A DNA stretch of 64,000 nucleotides from assembly GCF_963921235.1 (NCBI RefSeq), contig NC_086109.1:12586001-12650000 (forward strand), in the 5' to 3' direction. A model generated the notes under the pieces. It worked only from the letters and a program-made list of their open reading frames with translations. It searched no databases and had not been told where the DNA came from. Made by a program: the position numbers and the translations under genes. Within the stretch, counting starts at the first letter, position 1. Each line of letters opens with the position of its first letter. The stretch comes from Mobula hypostoma (taxonomy: Eukaryota). Positions 35,538-48,200 of the stretch are shown piece by piece.

Positions 35538-35603
35538 CTAGCTACTGGTACATGGCTACAGATAAATTGGGTCTGGAAATTAGTCACTGCAGTGTGAAAT
35601 GGA
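35538..35603 (-). CDS. Candidate second stalk exon SPFHTAVTNFQTQFICSHVPVAR
   Basis: ttttctaAG acceptor and AG|GTCTGT donor (the donor is conserved in the unit B copy); 66 nt, phase 2-2, open. Splice sites are weak. Confidence 0.45.
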
Positions 35604-36790
35604 CTTAGAAAAGACAGAGAGAGAACTGGCGAGGTGAAATAATGACTGTGCTGGGAACAACATGATGTCATTGGAAAAATGGATACAGCTCTGAAGGAGA
35701 CAATGGAATCTACATGGATGGATATGAGCAACTACAGAGGATTCAGGAGGACGAGATGCGAAGGCATAGAAACAAGGGTAATGATTTTTAAAACCGGAAA
35801 ATAACCACGAGCTATTTTATTAAACCCATTATGGCTTGGGTTACAGTGGTTGGTGTGTGGACTGGGTTCAACAGAATGCAATAGATACACTAATATTTGA
35901 ATATGTAATAATGTCAATAAAGAATAATTTTCCAATTGGAGCAAAGCATCTATATGGTCGGACCAGTCATGTTATTGGTAATGTTCACCCCTAGGATCTT
36001 GAAGCTCTCAACCCCGTCAACCTGAGCACAGCTGACGAAGACAGGGTCACATGCACAAGTCTATCACAAGCTCCTTTGTTTTGCTGACAGTGAGGAAATG
36101 GTTGTTGTTATAACAACTCATCACGAGATACTCTTTCTCCTTCCTGTACACTGAGATATGGCCATTTGTAACCACCTTCCCTTAAAAGTATTAACAGAAT
36201 GGATAACAAGGGACCGCCTCCTGTTATGGAAAGAACATATCAAGAAATTGCCAATAAAAGCTAGTCTCTGATATATCCAATTGAAATCAGAAGAATGATC
36301 CCTTTAGGAAGATTTCTGAGAATGTGCAGGTCATCCCCACAGAGACATGTGAGTACCCTTTTTATGTCGTACCTCTAGGGATGCTTAAAATAGATACTGA
36401 GAGAGAAGAGAACTGAGGGTTAGAATGAGAGATAGACAAGCAAAGATAGGAAAAGGCCTGAAGGGGGCATAAGCATGCAGCGTGAGATAACCTCAGTGAC
36501 ATTTTCATCTTAATGAACTGCGTTCCAATGCAAACAAATATCTCTTTTTATTCCTGTGCTATTCAAAAATAAATTTACCTTGGAACTCCAGCTTTAAGCA
36601 TGCATGGGAGCACCAGGTATTCTTGGCTCCCAAAGTCAATTTGATTGAAGTCAATAACCTCACAGACATTTCGTGCTAGCATATGAAAAGGAATTCTGTC
36701 TACAATCTGCACCAATCTGAAGTGGAACATCTCATATCATCGGCAATGGGAACATTGTGCTTTTCACTGGAAACTGATTGAGTGATTTAC

Positions 36791-36881
36791 CTCAGGGAAG
36801 CAATGGAATGTATTCCTATCCCTGTAGAACCTGCAGTTGTCATTGACTCTGCTGTAGTAGTTTCACAAGAATAATTACGTC
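36791..36881 (-). CDS. Stalk exon of gene A, GRNYSCETTTAESMTTAGSTGIGIHSIASL
   Basis: caacAG acceptor, AG|GTAAAT donor, phase 1-2. Homologous to 21314-21401. Confidence 0.8.
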
Positions 36882-37129
36882 CTGTTGAGGCAAGGAAATA
36901 AAATTTAGTTTCACCCGCTTTTCACTCACAGTCAAGCACAATCGCTAGATGAAAGTTCTTCCATTGAGTAAAGAGCTGAGTGTTTTCATGGATGTGGTGA
37001 AGTTTTATCAGTGACAGCGTGTCTGTTCCTGCAAATGAGAGACACTGCCCACACTCATGTCTCAGTCACGTTCACTGATTCGTTACGTGTCCTTCACATA
37101 TTTGAGGTGGGGTGGAGAAATGATGGCAC

Positions 37130-37910
37130 GAAACAGCGACTCCTTTGCTTCTATCTTCGGAAACAGCTCTATTTCCATCTTTAATACCTTTATTTTTTCC
37201 TCTTAGGGTTCTTTTGAAGACCCTGACCTGGAGTTACACGCTGACTACGGTTCTTTACAGGAATGGGACCCGTGCTCGGGGTTTCATGACTGGACGTTGT
37301 TTGGCACGGCAAGGGCTGGACCTAAGAGTCTGGCTCGGGTTTGGAAGCCTGGGATGCCAGGGCTCTGGAGTCTGGTGGATCGAGGGTCAGTATCATGGCA
37401 GGAGACCCGTGTGTCGTTGGGGGAGTCAGACTATCTGCGGCTGTGTGCCCAGAGACTCGTGATCTTTGGGCACAGAGTTTGAAAAAAAGCGACATGGCGG
37501 ACCTTTAACATCATAAACCAGCGAGTTGTTTGTTATGCCTTCCCACTCCCTGTGAAAACGGAATCACCTCTTTCTCCCTTATTAGGGAGAGAGAGAGAGC
37601 CTGTGGTATGTCGAATACCAGGTGAAACGTGAAGTCTTTGGGGTAACTACAAGTCAGTCTCTTTGCCATTGCTTTGCTCATGCTTGAGTGCTCAGTGGTG
37701 GGTGCCAATGCTTTTTTTTGCCGGTGGGGAGAGGGAGGATTGCTGCTTGCTGCCGCTTACTGGGGGGACTTTGGAGTTCTAACATTTAACTGTCATTTAT
37801 TCTTTGGGGCACTCCTCTGTTGTCGTAAATGGTTGCGAAGAAAAAAATATTTGAGGATGTATATTGTACATATTTCTCTAACATTAAATGTATTTTTGAA
37901 ACCTTTGAAC
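37130..37910 (+). repeat. Interspersed repeat resembling a long LINE 3' UTR; family unassigned
   Basis: GT-rich body ending in attaaa and a (tttgaa)n tail; 45490-46130 has similar structure in reverse. Confidence 0.45.
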
Positions 37911-38394
37911 ACTGAGAGCCTACAAATATAGTAAAAGTGCTGAGATTGGTGGGACAGCAAAATGTATATTATCCTGTGGAAATATTTGGGAGAGTTACAC
38001 CCAACTGAGTGGGCTGGAAGTTAGGCTGCCAATTAGTCTTCTAAACTATAGCACATAAAACCTGAATTCAACCAATCTCACTTCATATAGTATGTCATAC
38101 CAGGGATTGGCTAATCTGGAGATTACTTGTCAACTCCCTCCAAAGCAAAAACTATTGTCCTCAAATACGGAGATCAAAACTGCACACAACAGTCATTGTG
38201 ACATCCTTTTAAAACCCTGTTTAATCACTATACTGCATTACATTCCTGCTTCTGCACTTGAATCCCATCACTGATAGTGCCAACATACCACTTGCTTTCT
38301 AAATTTCTAAATTGTCTAAGGATACCAATCCTTGTTACTTGATCCTCTCCTAACAAATTTCCACTCAGATAATAATCTGCTTTCTTACAATCAG

Positions 38395-38650
38395 GCACCG
38401 GGCAGTTTGAGTTAGAACTATCACAGCTTGGGACTTTCGGAATTCAGAGCTCAATTGCGAACCGTCAGTAAGGAGTTTGTACGTTCTCCCTGTGAGTTAC
38501 ATGGATTTCCTCAAGGAGCTCCTGTTCCTCCCACCGTCCAGACATACAGATTAGCAGGTTAATTGGTTATTATAAATTGATTAGGTTAGTGATACATAGG
38601 TGGTTTGCTGGGTAGTGTGGCTTGGACCAGAAAGTCCTGTTTCATGCTGC
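38395..38650 (+). mobile_element. HE1/V-SINE-like tRNA SINE
   Basis: taaggagtttgtacgttctccc...gtttcctcccac core; other copies at 42380-42595 (+) and 63750-63895 (-). Confidence 0.7.
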
Positions 38651-39109
38651 ATCACATGACAATGCATACATATTTACATACATAAATATAGAAATAGATT
38701 TCCACAACTTTAGTAATCTTAAATTTATTTCCTTGTGTTGCTGACTCAATAATATGGCGCACTTTGAGACCAGACTTAGCTTGTCCTCATCCCTAATAAC
38801 TCTGAGTACTTTTGAGCTCTCCTGGTGTTTCTCTCCAGATATAAACTGCTCACCCCAGGATAATTAGAGACAGATCTTTCTGCACTCTCTCCTGGAGACT
38901 CCCTGAGTAGAGACAACAGGTTTATAAAGGCACAGCCACTCAGCGTCCAATATAACTGCATGGATTTCTACAGTTTCCTGTACATGTTGCTGCTTAGATT
39001 TGATTATCCCATTAAATTTTTGTGAAATGTATCACCAGTAAATGTTTATGAAACCAACCAGATCAAATGTGTGGTTTTCAAAGGCTGCATGCCTTCAATC
39101 AGTAACATA

Positions 39110-39432
39110 CAAAGAAACATAGAAAACCTACAGCTTCAGCCCACAATGCTGTGCCAAATGTACTTACTTTAGAAATTACCTAGGGTTACCCATAGCCCTC
39201 TATTTTCCTAAGTTCCATGTACCTACCCAGGACCCTATCGTATCCGCCTCCACCACTGTCGCCGGCAGCCCATTCCACGCAATCATGACCCTCTGTGTCA
39301 AAAACTTACCCCTGACATCCCCACTGTACCTACTTCCAAACACCTTAAAACTGTGCCCTCTCATGTTAGCCATTTCAGCCCTGGGAAAAAGCCTCTGACA
39401 ATCCACACGATCAATGCTTCTCATCATCTTAT
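39110..39432 (-). mobile_element. CR1 3' end
   Basis: MYKMMRSIDRVDCQRLFPR...FLTQRVMIAWNGLP. Confidence 0.85.
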
Positions 39433-39879
39433 ACACCTAGCCCACTTTATTAAGTACCATACACTCATGTACTGAGTGTATGTTCATGGTCTTCTGCTGT
39501 TGTAGACCATCCACTTCAAGATTCGAAGTGTGGCGCATTCGTAGATGGTTTTCGCACACCACTGTTTTAACGCGTGGTTATTTGAGTTATTGTCACCATC
39601 CTGCCAGCTTGAACCAGTCTGGCCATTCTTCTCTGACCTAACTCATTAACAGGGTGTTTTTGCCAGAGAACTGCTTTAACCTGGATTTTTTATTGTGTTT
39701 TTGCACCATCCTCTGTAAACTCCAGGGACCATTGTGCATGAAAATTCCAGGAGATCAGCAGTGTCTAAGATCCTCAAACTACCCTGTCTGGCACCAGTAA
39801 TCATTCCATGGTCAAAGCCACTTAGATCACATTTCTTCCCCCATTCTGATGTTTGGCCTGAACAACAACTGAACCTCTT

Positions 39880-40415
39880 CTTTTCTTTCTTCTTCTTCTA
39901 CTTCCGGCAGTTTAGACGCATCTAGACGCATTACTGCCCTCCACAGGATGTGTGATTAATTATAGAATTTCAAGAAACTCAAGTCATCAAATATAAATTA
40001 GTCGCACGTATAAACTGAATAATAAACTCTTCAATCAGACAGTGGTTCTCTTGGTGGCCAAACAAAGATTTAATAGAAAAACAAAATGCATTTAAGTCAA
40101 ACAGCCTCCTGAACAATATGCTTCTTTCAATTCTATTTCGATTAATAATAATAATAATAATAATAATAGCTCCATCTGTCTAAGCAGACAATGGATGCGC
40201 CCTACCGGAGTGACCTCTGATACGTCATCCGACCGCCTTAGGGGCTCCACTCCAGATTTGTGTAGGGTTTACTCTTTAGCCTTCTCTTCTCCCGAAGATA
40301 CACACAAGTATCGATTACAACTCAGCAAAACATGCTGAACCATCTCTGGCCTACCACAGACAGTAGGATGTTTTCCTATTATCTTTAAATAATAGTTTAG
40401 CCCACAATGCCCCAA
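39880..40415 (-). mobile_element. I/Nimb-clade LINE 3' end with a 13-bp TSD, containing an RTE-like insert
   Basis: GHCGLNYYLKIIGKHPTVCGRPEMVQHVLLSCNRY; (gaa)n tail; AACTGAACCTCTT at 39867-39879 and 40416-40428. Confidence 0.75.
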
Positions 40416-40545
40416 AACTGAACCTCTTGACCCTGTCTGCATGTTTTTATAATCCAGTAGGATGTTTTCCTATTATCTTTAAATAATAGTTTAGCCCACA
40501 ATGCCCCAAAACTGAACCTCTTGACCCTGTCTGCATGTTTTTATA
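40361..40545. repeat. Perfect 91-bp direct tandem duplication with a 3-nt spacer
   Basis: 40361-40451 is identical to 40455-40545. Confidence 0.9.
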
Positions 40546-40831
40546 CATTGAGTTGCTGTCACATAATTGGCTGATTAGATATTTGCATTAACAAGCAGAT
40601 GTAACAGGTGTACTTAATAGTCAGTGAGTTTAAAACTTTACCTACTGAATCAGGAGTTGGAGGCTGAATTTCCCAACACTAAAGCAATTCCCATCCTCTG
40701 CAACACATGTCTGAGTGATAATACAGTCCTCTAATTGTGATTGAGTGCAACTAAGACAAAACATCTAGCACAAGGCAGTTGTTCATTTGCACCACCAACC
40801 ATCTTAGAGAGTCACTTTCTCCACCACTCAC

Positions 40832-41149
40832 CAGTGCCATTGATTTCCACCGTATAACTGCAACTCCCCGTTCTATTGAAGACTCTCACGTTGATCATTT
40901 CACTGGATTTTGCTCCATGATTATTCGAGGCTGTGCAGTAATATTGATGGTGCTGGTGTTTGAAGGATTGACAATGTAGAGCCAGTTTACTGGTGTTGGA
41001 GATCTTTGAATCCTCAGATGGGATCTTTTCATAGAACGTGTACTGAATGGGAAGGGATCCCTGGACAGACTCACAGGACACTAACACTGAGTGTCCAACA
41101 CACGAGACATTTGGCGGTGACAGAAACAGCACAGGAACAGATACCGGTT
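40832..41149 (-). CDS. Intact Ig C2-like exon of gene A (106 codons)
   Basis: cccatAG acceptor, G|GTGAGT donor, 318 nt, phase 1-1, open. Motifs VSCESVQGSLPIQYTFY and QYYCTASN. Confidence 0.9.
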
Positions 41150-41539
41150 CTATGGGAAAGGATCAAACATTCAGACACTGAGTGCACATCTGAAAGTCAT
41201 TCTCCAATTTTCAGTACTTCTATATCACAGCCATGAACCACCAGATTGGAATCTCAGCAGCTCACCTACCTCTCTGTGTCTCTGCATCCTCCCAGCCGCC
41301 TAAACCGCCATGACTGCCAATATCCCAGAACACAGCAGGACTTTAGGACAGGACAGCAGTGATAACACTGAGGATGTAAAAAACCTCTTTCAGCCGACCA
41401 GCCTGACATCAGCAGTGGGGAATTTATTTGAGGAAATTCGGAGGGATGGGTTCTATGAACATTTGGATAGATAAAGTCTAATTTGGAGGAGGCTACTTTG
41501 TTTTGAGCATGGGAAGTCATGTGTGACAAACTTTGTATA

Positions 41540-42595
41540 GAAATTGGGACATTATGTTGTTCAAGTCACTGGGCGAAGTCATACTTGAAGTACTGAACAC
41601 AAGGGTTTGTGAAGGTAGGGATGTGGATATTGTCTATTTGGATTTTTGCATGGCCTATTACTAGGTCCCACATAGTAGTTTGACCTAGAAGGTTAATTCC
41701 ATGAAATACTATGAAAACTAGCTTGGAGGATTCAATATTAGCTTGTATATAGAAAGCATAGCATAGTGTTTTAAAGTTGTTTCTCCGAATGGAGATCCAT
41801 GTCTACTGGAGTGTCAGTGTGGCCAGTGTTGTTCAGTTATGTAATCGCTTTGGATGCAGATGTGGAACATTGGACGACACAAAATGAGGAGGTGACGATG
41901 GGGAAGAAGTTTATCATAGATTACAAGGGGATCGTGATCAGTTAGGGCAGTGGCTTGAGGAGAGGCAAGTGGATTTCAATGCAGCTAATTGTTAAGTCAT
42001 GCATTTTGGAAAATGCAATCAGCATAAGGCCACCAAAATGCAACCACCATATGAATGGTAGTAAACCAAGGAGTTTAAAGGATCAGCGGGTCCAAGCAGA
42101 AAAGTGCATAGTTAATTGAAGGTGGAATCACACATAGAATGGGTGGTGACAAACTCACTGGCTTTCATCAGTCAGGGCACGGAATATAGGAATTGGGACA
42201 TTACGTTCTTCAAGTCATTGGCAAAGTCACACCTGAAGTGGGAATCTGCACTGGGAAAGCTGATGCTTAAAGAATGCAGAAAGATTTGTAAAGGTGTTCC
42301 CAGCACTAGAGGGCCTGAGTTATCAGGACTGATTGGCCAATCTAGGTTTATATTCCTTGGAACATAGAAAAAAGGACGACACAGCATAATGGTTACACAA
42401 CATTTTACAGTGCCAGTGAACCAGGTTCAATTCTCGCTGCTGCCTATAAGGAGTTTGTACGTTCGCCCTGCGACCATGTGGGTTTCTTCCAAATGCTTCA
42501 GTTTCCTCCTACAGACATCTGAAGCCATACCAGCTGGCAGGTTAATTGGTCGTTGTAAATAATCCCATGATTAGACTAGGAATAAATCAGGGCTA
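41540..42595 (+). mobile_element. Degraded CR1 fragment followed by an HE1/V-SINE-like SINE (42380-42595)
   Basis: CR1 RT motifs; SINE head with a GGTTCAATTC B box and V core. Confidence 0.7.
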
Positions 42596-44378
42596 GCGAT
42601 CCCATCCTATAAAGTTCCAGAGTTACAGAAATGCCAAGAGGAACTTCAAAGGCCTCGTCCCTGGAAAAGGGAAGATACATGAAGCAGAGGAAAAGGAAAG
42701 ATACAACAAGAAGATAGCTACACCAGGGGACAACTTGAAGACTGGATCAGGACAGAGGACTCTGGTAAGCTGGTGTATGCCCCAGTAGGGCTGATGGGTT
42801 TAAGAACAATTCCCTAGTACTAATCCTCTAGCCAGTGACAATGGAAAGATCATGATCAATGCCCAGTAATTTCCTTCCTCCTTTCCTCTATTAACCTGGG
42901 GTCTATCCCATCTGGCCCTGATGTGGTTCTGGCAAAAGTGCATGTTTATCAGCTTAGTCTACACCCAGAGAGGAAAAGAATAGCAGGTGACTGGGACAAA
43001 GGATTTTATGCACTGTAAGAAAAAGTATGTTATCTGAAGATTTTGAGTTTGGTATTAATTCCAGAAGGCAGAAACATGCACAGTCGGAAAATGGGGTGTT
43101 AATCCTTGAGCTTGTGGAATGCCCTGGGACAGTGCAAAGGACGCAGGTAGGTCAGAGAGGGACGAAGAATAAAAGTGGTAGGGAACAGGAAGCTCAGGAT
43201 TACTGAAGAGAAGAACACATTGTGAACACTGAATCACTATAAAAGCTCTTTGCCGCTATTCACTTGTTCTTCTTCCAATCTAATGCCCTGCCTTGGTCTT
43301 CACAATGCCCCTGTAACCAGAAAAAGCAAATGTTGATCCAGTGATTGTATTGAAGAGTACCTACTAAATCCACAGTGTTGACCCTGAGCTGGTTGACTCA
43401 ATCTTTAATTCTCATACCTCCCAGATGTGACTTTTCTTTGTAACATCTGTGTTGTTACAGCAAACCCCAATATGAATTTGTGGAAAAATCAGCTCATCTC
43501 CTATCAGCAGGAAACCACATACAGAGGGCAAGGTAAGTGGAGGCTTGTGTGAATTCAAATGACAGGTATCGAGAAGCTCAGGGTCACACGCATGGATTGA
43601 AGGCAGATGCTCCACAAGTGATCACCCAATCTGTGTTTGGGTCCTCCTGTTGTGAAGGCCACATTGCGAACATTGAAAGAAGTAGCCTGGGTTGGTAGAA
43701 GTGTAGTTGAATCACTTTCATCAGCAGGAAAGGCTGTTTAGGTCCCTGAGTGATGGGAGTGGGAAGGAAAGGTGTTCCATCTCCAGCAATTGCACAGGAG
43801 ATAGCCATTCTTAGTTGAATGCTAGGTTGGGGCAGTAAAGCAGATAAGGAACTCACAAAGGATATGATTTGTACAAAATGCTAAAAAGGTGATGAGGAGA
43901 GTTCAGGTTTGTGGTGGAATTTATTGGAGTTGGTGGGAATTGCAAAGGATAACGTTGATTTCTTGTCTGTTTGCTGCATTACTGTGCTTATCCACTTCCA
44001 GTGGGTAGAAAAACGGATTTCCTCTAGTCCTGAACTTCCCACTCACCAGCTTCCTCGCCTAACACATCATAGTTCGCAATTTCCTCCAGCTCCAAGGTGA
44101 TTAAACCACCAGATCATCCCACTGGAAACTGGTGGTCAGTCAATGAGACAGATCCCACGGCGGGTGAAAGCAACATGAGTGCAATTTCCCAACCCGTGCC
44201 CACTCCTCAGCAGTATAGAGTCATGCAAAGAGTGAGCATGGGTTGGGAAACCCAGTTCCTCATAGGACTATACACTGCTGTGGAGCTTCAGGATATCAAT
44301 ACTTTCCTGACCATTACCAAAAAATACATGGATCAGATACTTCAGTGAAGCCATAACGTCAATACTTGAGAAACATAC

Positions 44379-44672
44379 CATCATATACTCATAGATTCAC
44401 GGTAAAAACTATATCAGTACCCGATTCTGTAATTCCACAGTCATACTGTGCTGTATCTCCAGACACAAGGTCCTTCATAGTAACAGTAAATATTCCTTGT
44501 GCTGGGTTATCTGTGATTGACTCTCGTCCATGTAAAAGAAAACATCCTACTCTCCACCAACGGCACCAATACTTTGTGTGTGAGCGGTACTTTGCTTCAT
44601 AGTGACAATCGATTGTGATCGCTCTTCCCACAACTCCTTTTATATATCTCTCTGCCCATAATGCACCTGAAA
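44379..44672 (-). pseudogene. Ig V exon V3 with acceptor AG>AA, 27-nt in-frame deletion and TGA three codons before the donor
   Basis: Aligns to V1/V2 (294 = 321-27 nt). Reads cctcAA|tttcAG, so the second acceptor gives a start at 44666. Ends GTG AAT CTA TGA GTA TAT GAT G|GTATGT. Confidence 0.88.
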
Positions 44673-45489
44673 TTGAGGATGGAATTCTTACAGATTTCAC
44701 ATATAAACACATTTCAATGCTCATTTCAACATCACAACCCTAGTTGTACCCCATGACCTCACAGACAATGATTATGGCCTGAACTGCAGTCCACTGTGTC
44801 AGTACATTGTGGGTTCACTTCCCACTCCACAGACCCGAGTAGAAACCCTGGGCGGTCCTCCCAGTGCAGTACTGAGGTGGAGTGGCTGTCTCGGAGATTT
44901 TCTTTTAACTCAGACGTGGTCCAACCATTCAATGGCACAGATGGATCCCACTAAAACTTTGTCATGCACAGTCTTCTGAGATAGGCTAGCTGACATTCAT
45001 CCTCTTTCAACAGAGAGCCTGATGATCCGAACCATTCAGACATCAACATCTCTGTGTTTACCTGCCCTCAAATGAGCTGCATGTACACACAGATTTCTGA
45101 ACCTGAATATCTCCCCCAGAATTTCAGAACATCTGCACTACAAAACCGCTATAAGAAATCATTGTTTAGTCCATGAGAAGTGGGGGACAGTGGTTAGGTC
45201 TAGGACTTCAGAAAGATGTTGGATCAGATAGTGGTGAGATGAACAGAGGAAATGTTCAGTTAGCTAGGTCACCCTGGATGCCATGCAATGTGGGTCAGTA
45301 CCATGACTACCTCTCCATGCTGGCTAGTGTTTAAGCAGTAGAAAGAAATCTTCAGCTATGGGCGAAGTTCCAGGAGACTGGAGGGTGCTAATATAACTGT
45401 TATTGAAGAAGGGAAGCAGTGACAAGTCAGGGAACTACAGGCCAGTGAAATATACAGTTGCTGGAGGGGATTCAGAGGGTCGGAATCTA

Positions 45490-46130
45490 CCAGATTCGAA
45501 AGTTCGAAAGGTTCAAAGGTTCATTTTATTTTCAAAGCATGCATGTACCATACAACTTTGATGTTTGTCTACTCCAGATACCCATGAAATACGGAAAGAC
45601 CATGGGTGTTGCTGAGAGAAGACATCACCCCCCCCACCCCCCGTAGGACGAAAAAGGGACAAAACCCGCAGACCCCAAAATCCCCCTCCCCCGCAGCAAA
45701 AAAACAGCCGCAATAACAATCACCGATCCCTACACATACTGTAACAATCCCTGACCCCCTCACTCGCAGAAAAGAATAACGATGGTAGCAACAAATCCCC
45801 AACACCCCCTCTTACACACAGAAACGGACAGATCACTCACCTGCCAATTATCCACAAGAAAGAAAACACTGAAAACTTAAGGAAACCAATATAAAGTATA
45901 GTCCAATGATCACATAAATCTCAGAACATGGGAAGCATCTTTTTTTTTGCTGCACATGAGAAGATCAGCTGCACAAGCTCAGTCCTTCTGTGAAGAGTGA
46001 CCATTGACCCGGGTCCTAACGCTTCCGATCCAGGTCCGAATGCCACTGACTTGGGGCTGAACATGCCAACCGGGGGCCGAACGCACCGAACTGGGTCCCA
46101 GCGCACCAGTCTGCTGACCGTCTTTTTTAT
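45490..46130 (-). repeat. LINE 3'-end-like repeat in reverse
   Basis: (ttcgaaag)n tail at 45495-45520 and a C/A-rich body on the + strand. Confidence 0.45.
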
Positions 46131-46439
46131 TCCGTGATAACCCTAAAACCAATCATCCTCTCTCCTGATTATATCCTGGACACCTCACCAGGACATGTTC
46201 AACTATTTCTTGTTGATTACAATACTCACGCCTCCCTTTATTGTGTTTCTTCATTGAAAACAATGTACTATTTAACCCTGTGTACCCAAAACTCAATTTC
46301 AATATTATTACCTCCTACCTACTGCTCTTTCCTGCATTCCTCGACCATCCCACTTCTTTCTGGATATTTTAAAGATGTCTTCTTATTCTCTCTTCATCCT
46401 GTTGTTTTCTCCACATTTTCTTGATTTCATTTTTAGAAA

Positions 46440-46685
46440 ACATAGAAACATAGAAAACCTACCGCACAATACAGGCCCTTCGGCCCACAAAGCTGTGCCG
46501 AACATGTCCTTACCTTAGAAATTACCTCAGGTTACCTATAGCCCTCAATTTTTCTAAGCTCCATGTATCTATCCAGGAGTCTTTTAAAAGACCCTATTGT
46601 ATCCACTTCCATCACCATCACTGGCAGCCCATTCCACACACTCACCACTCTCTGTGTACAAAACTTACCCCTTACATCTCCTCTG
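46440..46685 (-). mobile_element. CR1 3' end
   Basis: GKFCTQRVVSVWNGLP...FKRLLDRYM; (catagaaa)n tail. Confidence 0.85.
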
Positions 46686-47229
46686 TACATTCTAATAATG
46701 CTTTTCAGTTCTCCTTTACTGTAATTTATTTGAATGTCCACTTCTGCTCGTCTGGTACCTCCTTTGCTAATTTATTCTCTTGCTCATTCCCTTGTTTACC
46801 AACACGTGCTGGAATCCACATAAAAACATATCCAGAGTCCCATCATTTAGTTTTAAATAAGATTTGTATTATCTCACACATAATGTTTGGTCTTGCCTCT
46901 GAATGTAAATCGCTTAGACTCCTGATTATTGTGCTTGAATCAAACAATATTACAACTCACGTCGGTGTCACTTCCTCCACCCACTGCAAAGGGAATAGTC
47001 CAGTTGTCACTTCACATGTATACACTGAGAAATCATTATGCATCCTCACCTGCTTTTTAATGTTAAAATCAGGTAAAATGAATCCTACTCCTAACCTACT
47101 ATTACCATTTTAGAAGCATCTGTGTATAATTGTTAATATCCAAAATGATTATTATTTACATAAAATTCAATTATACCTTGATTTAAACTAATATCTCAAT
47201 TTTTCTATCTCCTTTCAAATAATTTAAGA

Positions 47230-48200
47230 TCCACCTCTGTTCCTTCACACAGGCATGGAGACTGCCCAGGAAAAGGTACTGTTGCACTCACTGCCTTATT
47301 ACTAATTCCTGTCCTTTCTGTTTCTTTCTTCATTAGTACATGCAGGACGTCTGATTTTCTTTCTTTCCTTTTCCCAGCATAGATCTGAAAGCTGTTTAGT
47401 TGGATAATTTTCTTCATGCTCTACCCTCACTTGTTGGACCTCCATTGCTTCTTTTCTGATTTCACACCCCGATAGATTACTGCTTGGGCCCCACTTCAAT
47501 GACAGCGTTTTACCGGTTCATCTTGTCTGCACTGCTTGTACAGATATCCTCCTTGACATCTACCACATCTCTGCCTTCCTTTACATACCACCGCTACAAG
47601 CCCCTGAAATATTAACATAACAGATATGCTATCAACCTTTTCTCTATTACTCAGTGCTTTCAATCTTTTTCTTTTGGTCACCAGCCCTCCTATAATACTT
47701 TCCTTTACTTCCTCCCTTTTCTCCAATTTGGTATTCCCATTATCACACCATTTTCCCCCAACACTCTCTTTTCTATAATCTCTCTTTTGCCAATATTTAG
47801 TACCTTCATTGCTCTGTTCCTTCGCTCTGAATTTTTACTAACAACCAACAGTGCTCCATGATGCAGAATTTTTGCCGCATTTATATCTCCTATTATCTTC
47901 TTTAGATTGTTAGTCAGTGCCATTGCATTCAATATACTTACTTCAATCCCTTGCTCAAACTTATTTTAAACTCCTCTTCTATCACCTTCCTTTGACGCAA
48001 TCATTGTTCTCTATCATCATAATAATTTTCTCACTTATTTCCACTTTTCCTACCTGTCTGCACTTTCTTCCATTCCTCATAGTCTCGCACATCCTCCTCT
48101 TCTTTTCCTCCACTGCTACCTGCCATCCCGACCCAGTCACGGTTCAGATTATGGAAAACCACCACTTCAGACGGAAGCCCCACCAGATCCCAATCCCTTC
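47230..48200 (-). mobile_element. I/Nimb-clade LINE ORF1 (gag-like) remnant
   Basis: AKILHHGALLVV...GVIMGIP; knuckle-like VCKGRQRCGRCQGG; SGCEIRKEAMEVQQVRVE. Confidence 0.65.

Larger units (their letters stand above)
39434..40630 (-). mobile_element. Tc1-like element (same family as 17341-17904) split by a nested LINE
   Basis: Colinear with the 17.3-17.9 kb copy on both sides of 39880-40415. Confidence 0.8.
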
